Shown here: positions 18,490 to 25,445 of the stretch, piece after piece
Numbering within the stretch: the first letter of the stretch is position 1
Layout: each line of letters starts with the position of its first letter
Origin: Acaryochloris marina MBIC11017
GTDB taxonomy: Bacteria > Cyanobacteriota > Cyanobacteriia > Thermosynechococcales > Thermosynechococcaceae
DNA: 32,000 nucleotides
Direction of reading: 5' to 3'
Assembly: GCF_000018105.1 (NCBI RefSeq)
Contig: NC_009925.1
Coordinates: 5,790,001-5,822,000, forward strand
Translations under genes and position numbers: made by a program
The notes under the pieces: model-generated
What the model saw: only the letters and a program-made list of their open reading frames with translations
Told to the model about the DNA's origin: nothing
Databases searched by the model: none

Positions 18490-18545
18490 ACATCAGTACT
18501 TGGGAGTTAAGAGAGCAGTCTCAGATTGGCGTCGGGGGCTGCTCT
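18490..18545 (-). repeat. Hairpin repeat copy B (same conserved box and loop, different complementary stem AGAGCAG/CTGCTCT)
   Basis: Sequence is acatcagtacttgggagttaagAGAGCAGtctcagattggcgtcgggggCTGCTCT. The core gtctcagattggcgtcggg is identical to copy A, 241 nt away. Confidence 0.6.
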
Positions 18546-18601
18546 TGCAGCTTCGAAGTAATGATGTCCCATAGACTCATCTGGGACAAATTCGTCGTCA
18601 A

Positions 18602-19831
18602 TTACGCTGTCGAGAAAGTTTTCTCTGACAATTGCTGTCTGTCTTTCCATCGTTCTCGCATATCGTTATAAACTTCTGAAACAACCAACCTCGCCCAATA
18701 GGGACTGGATAATTGAGCGCAGGCTTGACTGGGATAACTTTGAGGGTTTTCCAATACAGTCCTGAGAGAATCAGCGGTGGATTTAGGGGTTCTCGTAGGA
18801 ATGATGACTCCTGTTTTTTTCGTAAGCAATTTAGAGGTTTCACCCGAATCAGTCGAAACGATTGGAATCCCGCAAGTTAGGGCCTCCAATACAACCATCG
18901 GGAGCCCTTCATAAACGCTTGTTAAGGCTAAAAGGTCACTCACTCTGAGAATATCTGCAATCTCTCGCGAATTCATGGAGCCCAGCAAAGTTACCTGTCT
19001 ATTTAATCCTAAATTCTTGATTTCCAATTGAATATCTTCTTTTAGTTCGCCTACTCCAATCATAAGTAGATGGATATTGGCGTCATCGAGTTCTGCTATT
19101 GATCTAACCAATAACAAAGGATCTTTTTGAGGGTGCAATCGCCCCACGTAGGCAATGAAGTGTGTCTTCAAAGACAGCTCCATTTCTGTGATCAGTTGAA
19201 GACGCTTTTGGTCCTTTAGTTGAGTAGATAGTGGGAAAAAGATTTCATCATCCACGGTATTTCGGATCAGCTGATAACAGCCCTTAGTGGAGAAGTAAGT
19301 TTTCTGTAAATACTTCAGGGATTCGGAATTGCAGGACAACACATAGGAGAATTGCTTAATCAGCATATTTTCAAGCAGGAAATATGCAGAAGGTAAATAT
19401 CTCCATAAAAAGGTTTTATTATCACCTTGACTATTGACTTGCTTTTTTATATCTGCATGAATAAATAACGTTTTTTCGCCATGCCAACTAAATGATGCTA
19501 AAGAAGGCTCAATTCTATGAAAATGGAGAAAGTCAGAATTTAAATCCTTTCCAAACAATGCTAGAAGGAATTTTAAGGTAGTGGGTATTAGTCCTCTGAT
19601 GTTGTCATCTTCAATATAAAGTATAGGGAGATACTGTATCTGCTTGTTAAAAACTAAAATAGTTTGCCAGCTACCAATACTGCACTCCTTTCTAGATGTG
19701 ATCCCTACCAGTCGAATATCAAAATCCTGAGGTGCATATTTAATAAAGTTCAGAATGGTTGTCTGAATGCCACCAATACTGACATCCAGTGGATCAATTT
19801 GATAAAAAATAGTCAAAGATGGATTTAACAT
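18602..19831 (-). CDS. GT4-family glycosyltransferase (first gene of the cluster)
   Basis: EX7E motif SVYEGLPMVVLEALTCGIPIVSTDSGE. ATG start at 19831. Confidence 0.8.
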   Translation of the reverse strand: MLNPSLTIFYQIDPLDVSIGGIQTTILNFIKYAPQDFDIRLVGITSRKECSIGSWQTILVFNKQIQYLPILYIEDDNIRGLIPTTLKFLLALFGKDLNSDFLHFHRIEPSLASFSWHGEKTLFIHADIKKQVNSQGDNKTFLWRYLPSAYFLLENMLIKQFSYVLSCNSESLKYLQKTYFSTKGCYQLIRNTVDDEIFFPLSTQLKDQKRLQLITEMELSLKTHFIAYVGRLHPQKDPLLLVRSIAELDDANIHLLMIGVGELKEDIQLEIKNLGLNRQVTLLGSMNSREIADILRVSDLLALTSVYEGLPMVVLEALTCGIPIVSTDSGETSKLLTKKTGVIIPTRTPKSTADSLRTVLENPQSYPSQACAQLSSPYWARLVVSEVYNDMRERWKDRQQLSEKTFSTA

Positions 19832-20054
19832 TCAGCAGATTGCTAACGACTTTGCACAGCCTTAGATAGAAACAAGAACGTCTGAGATAAGCAATTATTC
19901 TATCTATGGAATTCCGAGCAATCCTCAACCAACATGGTTTTTAGTAGATTACTAAGAAGCATCTGAATTTACATCAGCAAACTAATCCAATAGTTCAATA
20001 AAAACTGTGTAATGACATACCAATAAATCTAGTTTCCTAGAGAAAATCCGTTTT

Positions 20055-20070
20055 TGTAAAACACACTACA
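20055..20070. promoter_or_regulatory. Perfect NtcA-consensus palindrome TGTA-N8-TACA
   Basis: tGTAaaacacacTACa at 20055-20070. I found no TAN3T hexamer 20-23 nt downstream on either strand, so its role is unclear. Confidence 0.25.
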
Positions 20071-20118
20071 CACTTACACTTTATAGCTTTCTTAGTAATA
20101 TTTTGTCCTGACGTTGTC

Positions 20119-20160
20119 ATATTACACATAGTCTTTCATCTTTCGAGTAACCTAGGTTAC
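20119..20160 (-). promoter_or_regulatory. Candidate NtcA-activated (class II) promoter facing the polysaccharide cluster
   Basis: A 14-bp perfect palindrome GTAACCTAGGTTAC (GTA-N8-TAC) lies at 20147-20160. On the minus strand it is followed by exactly 22 nt and then TAATAT (TAN3T) at 20124-20119. Confidence 0.3.
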
Positions 20161-20220
20161 ATTATAAAAATAAAAAATAACGTTCCTAAATTAGGATGTG
20201 TATTCAGAACCGATATTTAG

Positions 20221-20251
20221 TGACAGCAAAATAATCTTTTTTTTGCTGTCA
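20221..20251. repeat. Perfect 11-bp inverted repeat TGACAGCAAAA-N9-TTTTGCTGTCA
   Basis: Arms at 20221-20231 and 20241-20251 are exact reverse complements. The repeat sits in the divergent intergenic region, and no classical U-tail follows it on either strand. Confidence 0.5.
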
Positions 20252-20476
20252 TCATAGGATTAAAATAAGATCAAGTCATGATATTTGCTCTTCTAATAGG
20301 TCATTTACCTTATAAATCCTTAATCTAGCTATGCTTTACTACCTTGGATTTTGATATCCTCCTAGTATTGGTAAATCACGATGTTGAAATTTGAGTCGCA
20401 TTTGACGTCCATTTCCTGACGCCAATGCCCCTCCAAAAAGCTAGAGTGAGAGGCAGCGCCAAATTATTCTGACACC

Positions 20477-21361
20477 ATGAGAACGGGAATTATTGCAGCA
20501 GTGGTCTTTGTTGGACTATTAACTTGGCTAGGTAATAGCTCTAAACCATCTCCACAAAGCCTTTCACCCACAACAGTTTCTCCTCCCCTGCCTGAGTCTT
20601 CTACGAATATACCGACTGTTCCTGTGGACGAATCAGCGGGCCTATCGATTATTGCGCCCAATTCTGATGAAATTATTGAACGAATTCGATGGACAGGGAG
20701 TTGTGCTAACTGCAATTTACGGGGCATTAATTTGGAAGGGGCCGAGCTCGTCTTATTTCTACAGCCTCAAAAAGAGGAGCTATTCCAAGCGGAACAAGCT
20801 TCTGCGATCGGCGTAAACTTGGAAAAAGTTAATTTCAGTAATGCTCAACTTAGTAAAGCCAACCTTTCTAGAGCTTTTTTGCATAGTGCTGTCTTAGAAG
20901 AAGCTGTATTGAAAGAGGCCATATTGACTCAAGCTATCCTGAGACAAGCCAATCTTCGGTCGGCAAATCTTGAATCAGCGCTGCTAGAAAATGCCCGTTT
21001 CCAAGATGCGGATTTAAGGCGGGTGAATTTACAGCAGGCCTTTGTCAAATCAGCAAACTTTGCCCGGGCAAATTTGGTAGGGGCAGATCTAACAAAAGCA
21101 GATTTAAGAGAAACTGATTTTACCAGAGCTAATCTAACTCAAGCGGCGTTAACACAAGCTAAACTGCGGGATGCGAACTTCAGTCAAGCCAAACTCATCA
21201 ATGCAAACTTATCTGACACTCGCATTGATGGTGCGAACTTCAGCGGTGCAGACCTAAGAGGGGCGCAATTACCCAAGGCAGGACTCAATAATGTAAATTT
21301 CTGCCAAGCAACCATGCCTAATGGGAAAAAAAATACGAATTGCCCTAAACCTTCATCCTAG
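20477..21361 (+). CDS. Pentapeptide-repeat protein with an N-terminal membrane anchor or signal
   Basis: N-terminal TM segment IIAAVVFVGLLTWL, then about 35 A(D/N)LxX pentapeptides (ANLSRAFLHSAVLEEAVLKEAILTQAILRQANLRSANLESALL...). Confidence 0.85.
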   Translation: MRTGIIAAVVFVGLLTWLGNSSKPSPQSLSPTTVSPPLPESSTNIPTVPVDESAGLSIIAPNSDEIIERIRWTGSCANCNLRGINLEGAELVLFLQPQKEELFQAEQASAIGVNLEKVNFSNAQLSKANLSRAFLHSAVLEEAVLKEAILTQAILRQANLRSANLESALLENARFQDADLRRVNLQQAFVKSANFARANLVGADLTKADLRETDFTRANLTQAALTQAKLRDANFSQAKLINANLSDTRIDGANFSGADLRGAQLPKAGLNNVNFCQATMPNGKKNTNCPKPSS

Positions 21362-21439
21362 AGGTCAAATCGGAGACTGATGTGGTGGGTTACCAAGAAC
21401 GCTAGAGTAAAGTTGGGCGTTTAGGCAATAGATGAATTG

Positions 21440-22717
21440 ATGAGATCTCCTAAAATCGGCTTCGGAGCGGGTTTGGCCCTCTCACTCTTCTTACCCATCG
21501 CAGGTTGTAGCGGAGATGCGGTTCAACAAGCTTTTTCTGCAGATCCACAGGCCAGTCAGTGGAGTAATTTGTCAACGTTGCCCAAGGGGTTTCCTGCGGA
21601 CTTAAGCTATCCCAATGCCAACTTACAAGGGGTGCAACAAAGCCAGACCAACTTGCCTTCCAGCCCAAATAGCCAACGCCCGCCCCAACAAACGCGATGG
21701 GCGACACCAGATAATAGCCAGAAGGTGCAGCAATACTATAGTCAGTTATTACAAAAAAAGGGCTGGCAGCTTTCAGGGCGAAGATTAAGTCAGCAGCAGC
21801 TTATTTTGCTGGCTAAGCGAGATCAGCTTCAGGTTAGAGTGACTATCCCTGCTACCGGGACCTTGGTTCCAGTACAAACGGGAAATAATAGTGGACGTCG
21901 AATCCCTATGACGGTCTTCTTCATCGATTTTTCCCAGGAGAAGGCGTTATCGAAGGTTGAATCACCGACCCAGACTTTGCCTAAACCCGGGGATTTAGAC
22001 TTTATTGGGCCAGTCGCAAATCAGACCCCTGAGTCATCGAATACCGACGCTAGCCTAAATTCAGCGGAGATACCAGCAGCACTGAAAGCCTATGTCAGCG
22101 ATATCCAAAGGCTAGAAGTGATTGATCTAGGCAATCCCAATCAATCTATCCAGCGGGGGACTTTTGCCCGCTGGTTAGTCAAAACCAATAATCGGCTATA
22201 CCAAGATCGCCCTACCCAACAAATTCGCTTGGCCGCTACCAGTCAACCCCCGGTATTTAAGGATGTTCCTAGTTCAAATCCAAATTTTCCTTATATTCAG
22301 GGTTTAGCGGAAGCAGGTTTTATTCCGAGTCCTCTCTCTGGGGATGCTGACCAAGCTACGTTTCAGCCCAATCAACCCCTCACCCGCGAGGTGCTTTTGA
22401 GCTGGAAAGTTCCGATTGATTTCCGCAAAATCTTACCTTCGGCTACAACTGCAAAAGTGCAGGAGGTGTGGGGATTTAAAGATACTAAGCAGATTTCTAC
22501 CCCCACTCTCTCAGCCATTTTTGCCGATCATAATAACGGTGAGCTTGCCAATATTCGTCGACTGTTGGGGTCAGCCCTACTGCTGCAACCGAAAAAATCT
22601 GTGACGCGAGCTGAAGCTGCCGCTACACTATGGTTTATCGGAGTTGCTGGCGAAGGCTATTCTGCCAAAGACGTTTTGCGAGCTGAACAACAAGCTGAAG
22701 CGGCTAGCTCTTCCTAA
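21440..22717 (+). CDS. Lipoprotein with C-terminal SLH-like domains
   Basis: Lipobox LPIAGCSG. SLH-like segments are VFKDVPSSNPNFPYIQGLAEAGFIPS...LTREVLLSW and GFKDTKQIS...VTRAEAAATLW. I prefer the ATG at 21440 to the TTG at 21437. Confidence 0.7.
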   Translation: MRSPKIGFGAGLALSLFLPIAGCSGDAVQQAFSADPQASQWSNLSTLPKGFPADLSYPNANLQGVQQSQTNLPSSPNSQRPPQQTRWATPDNSQKVQQYYSQLLQKKGWQLSGRRLSQQQLILLAKRDQLQVRVTIPATGTLVPVQTGNNSGRRIPMTVFFIDFSQEKALSKVESPTQTLPKPGDLDFIGPVANQTPESSNTDASLNSAEIPAALKAYVSDIQRLEVIDLGNPNQSIQRGTFARWLVKTNNRLYQDRPTQQIRLAATSQPPVFKDVPSSNPNFPYIQGLAEAGFIPSPLSGDADQATFQPNQPLTREVLLSWKVPIDFRKILPSATTAKVQEVWGFKDTKQISTPTLSAIFADHNNGELANIRRLLGSALLLQPKKSVTRAEAAATLWFIGVAGEGYSAKDVLRAEQQAEAASSS

Positions 22718-22754
22718 AGGGGGGCATTGAAGCCCTTGGAAACAGTAGACCGAC

Positions 22755-22949
22755 TTAGCTTATCCAGGCTGTTGTTTGAGCTTCAATTTGATGGCTGGGA
22801 TGAATCACTGATGCAGGCATTGTATTAGCGTTATTGAGCCATTGGATCGAATAGCCAAAGAAGGGCAACGCCAAAGTAATTGCTGCCGCATGGGAAATCA
22901 AAATGAATTGTTTTTGTACGGTATTCATAGCGATTACTGACCTCATCAC
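22755..22949 (-). CDS. Small hypothetical membrane protein (64 aa), weakly supported
   Basis: The ORF has a single hydrophobic segment (FILISHAAAITLALPFFGY). It has a GTG/ATG start, no clear SD and no recognisable family. Confidence 0.25.
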   Translation of the reverse strand: MMRSVIAMNTVQKQFILISHAAAITLALPFFGYSIQWLNNANTMPASVIHPSHQIEAQTTAWIS

Positions 22950-23035
22950 CCATCACACTTCCGAGTATGCCCGGTTTATTCAATTGTCGCGGTGATGATG
23001 ACGGAAGTTCCCAGTGATCTTGATCACAGAAAGCA

Positions 23036-24136
23036 TTACACAGAGGTGGATTGAGAGATCGCGACTTCCAATCCCTTGAGCAAGGCTTGATTCTCAGCCG
23101 GTGTCCCCACGGCTGTGCGGAAATAATGATCTCCTAATCCAGGCTTAGAGCCAAAATCTGCAACCCAGATATTTTGTTCTTGGAGCGCTTTAACTAAAAC
23201 TTTTGACTGCAGGTTTAATGGCTGGGTATCCACTAAGAGGAAATTGGTTTCGCTGGGATGGACCTTCAATCCTAGATCCGTTAATGCCTGCTGTAATCGA
23301 GGTTTCTCTGCCAGAATTTTCTGGATATTAGCCTCAACATACGCCTGATCTTTGAGGGCAGCAATACCAGCTGAGATCGCAACTTTATTCACCGGAAACA
23401 ACTGGGCGGCCCGGTAGAGGTAATCCACCACTTGGGTATTGGCAATCCCATAGCCAATGCGCAAACCAGCTAGTCCAAAACTCTTGGAAAGGCTACGCAG
23501 CACAATTAGATGGGGATAGGTATCCACGAGATCCGCGATTGTGGTTTGGCATAGCTCAAAGTAACATTCATCCACCACGACCATGCAGTTGACTCGATTC
23601 AGCACCTCCACCAAGGTTTCACGGGCCACTAAATTCGCGGTGGGATTATTGGGATTGGCAATGTACAACACTTTGGTGTCGGGGGCGACTTTGGCTACCA
23701 AGGCATCTACATCCAGGCCAAAATCAGGGGTCCGTTGGACAAAGACCGGTACACCTCCCATCACCTGGGTTGCATGCCAATAGACAAAAAAGCTGGGCAC
23801 GGGCAAAAGCACTTGCTGCCCAGGTTGAACAAAGACCTTGATAATCAGCTCAATCAGATCATCAGATCCATTGCTGATAATGAGCTGCTCAGGAGAGGCC
23901 CCGGTGTAGGTAGCGAGTCTCTCTCGTAAAACCCCTCCTAGGACAGCGGGATACCGATTACAAGTGGTGGCAACTTGGGTAATGGCCTCCACCACTTTGG
24001 GGGAAGGGGGATAGGGTAACTCGCCTTTGTCCAGACGAATCGCTTGGTCATCTTTATGGGGACCTACCGTTTTGGAGGCGAGGCTGCGAATAGAGGGGCT
24101 TACCCACTGTTCGAGGGTATCTAGATTTAGGGTCAT
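23036..24136 (-). CDS. hisC: Histidinol-phosphate aminotransferase family protein (class II PLP aminotransferase)
   Basis: NPNNPTA motif and the PLP-lysine motif SLSKSFGLAGLRIGY, typical of HisC. Its ATG overlaps the upstream TGA (ATGA). Confidence 0.75.
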   Translation of the reverse strand: MTLNLDTLEQWVSPSIRSLASKTVGPHKDDQAIRLDKGELPYPPSPKVVEAITQVATTCNRYPAVLGGVLRERLATYTGASPEQLIISNGSDDLIELIIKVFVQPGQQVLLPVPSFFVYWHATQVMGGVPVFVQRTPDFGLDVDALVAKVAPDTKVLYIANPNNPTANLVARETLVEVLNRVNCMVVVDECYFELCQTTIADLVDTYPHLIVLRSLSKSFGLAGLRIGYGIANTQVVDYLYRAAQLFPVNKVAISAGIAALKDQAYVEANIQKILAEKPRLQQALTDLGLKVHPSETNFLLVDTQPLNLQSKVLVKALQEQNIWVADFGSKPGLGDHYFRTAVGTPAENQALLKGLEVAISQSTSV

Positions 24137-25323
24137 GTCGGCTCAATTCCTAACACTTGAGGCAAAGCTTGGATACTCTCAATCACTCGGTCACAGCCAA
24201 GATTCGAGAACATTTGCACCTGTTCGGCCTTGGCCCGACTTGCCGTAAATCCCGTGAGGACGCCAACGGAAATACAGCCAGATCGCTGTGCTGCCACCAC
24301 ATCGCTAGCAGCATCGCCAATATAGACCGCATAGGTGCGCTCTTGTTTCTGAAAGGCTTCGGTACAAAAGCGTTGAGGGTCTTCGTCTACATGGAGCGCT
24401 TTGAGGACGACAAAAGGATGGGGTTTGCCTAACTTGATGGGGCATGAGGTGGCTTTCAACTGTTCTTCGGCAGCCAAGACTTCATCGTAGGTAACGATAC
24501 GCTTTGGATCGAAGAAGGATAGTAATCCTAGGGCTGTCAAGGGTTCGATCACTTCGTTGCGGGGGCGACCGGTTGCGATCGCAAGGGTAAATCGATCGGC
24601 GTCCATGAGGATTTGCAGAATGGTCCTAATCTGGTACACATCCAGAACGGTTTCATCATCGGGCAACGTAAAACCTTTGCGACCTTCATACCAAGCTTGG
24701 AAGTTTTGATAACACAGGTTCCACAGGTCGCTGTGGGTTTCAGGCAAGGAAATACCCAAATGTTTTTGGTAAAACGGTCGAACATACTCAGTCACAGATG
24801 AACCTTTTAGGTCAGTGGTCTCCTGCCAGAATTGAGCAATGGTAGATTCACTCACATTTGGATCGAACTCCAAATCCTGCAAGCTTCGTCTTAAAAGCTG
24901 CCACTGTTCGGAATTAGCAAGATCAATTTTATGGTTGAGACTGGACCATTCTTCAAGGTCTTGGTGCTGGAGTTGCTGCAGGATGCCAGCTAAATGAAGG
25001 CAAAACACAAAGTAGGTCAAATCCCAATTGGAATTGATGGCCCGTCGTTTGAGTTCATAGATAAAGTCATTGTTAATGGTCTGTTGACCGTTGGTGAGAA
25101 CTTGATGGGGTTGGGTAGGGCCAAAATAATCGGTTAAGCCTAAGTATTCGGGCTGGGTGATCAATTCCCAGACAGTCAATCGAGCAGTATTCCAATATTT
25201 CTGTTCGCTGGTAATCACCCCATCTAAATCAAAGACGAGAAATTTAATGCGATCGGCTTGGTCAAGAATGGTTTGAGTTTGCAGAGATGGGTTGGTTTGA
25301 TTCACGCTGGTATACCCACTCAA
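24133..25323 (-). CDS. Large HAD-superfamily hydrolase (phosphatase-like) with an extended cap insertion
   Basis: Motif I is FLVFDLDGVIT and the C-terminal part is YIGDAASDVVAA (motif IV-like). A cap insertion of roughly 200 aa lies between motifs I and II. The start is uncertain (TTG at 25323 or GTG at 25305). Confidence 0.75.
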   Translation of the reverse strand: MSGYTSVNQTNPSLQTQTILDQADRIKFLVFDLDGVITSEQKYWNTARLTVWELITQPEYLGLTDYFGPTQPHQVLTNGQQTINNDFIYELKRRAINSNWDLTYFVFCLHLAGILQQLQHQDLEEWSSLNHKIDLANSEQWQLLRRSLQDLEFDPNVSESTIAQFWQETTDLKGSSVTEYVRPFYQKHLGISLPETHSDLWNLCYQNFQAWYEGRKGFTLPDDETVLDVYQIRTILQILMDADRFTLAIATGRPRNEVIEPLTALGLLSFFDPKRIVTYDEVLAAEEQLKATSCPIKLGKPHPFVVLKALHVDEDPQRFCTEAFQKQERTYAVYIGDAASDVVAAQRSGCISVGVLTGFTASRAKAEQVQMFSNLGCDRVIESIQALPQVLGIEPT

Positions 25324-25445
25324 CTAGGGGTATTGAAGTCTCAAAGTCTGACGATAGCATCCAGGCTGAACCAAACCCAAGTATCGACACTGCAACCTCC
25401 CTTGAGAACAAAGATGTGATGCATTGAAAGTGGGCATCGATTCCA

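Noticed and set aside
18474-18843. ORFs 18474-18671 (+, 65 aa) and 18598-18843 (-, 81 aa)
   Set aside because: The first reads through hairpin repeat copy B, and the equivalent frame in copy A contains a stop. The second is an out-of-frame overlap with the 3' end of the GT gene 18602-19831. Neither has motifs.
20464-20727. 87-aa minus-strand ORF overlapping the start of the pentapeptide-repeat gene
   Set aside because: It is antisense to a well-supported CDS and has no start context or recognisable domain.
20700-21300. Apparent DNA periodicity and repetition inside the pentapeptide-repeat gene
   Set aside because: This is explained by the 5-residue protein repeat (A(D/N)LxX). It is not an independent tandem DNA repeat or CRISPR-like array.
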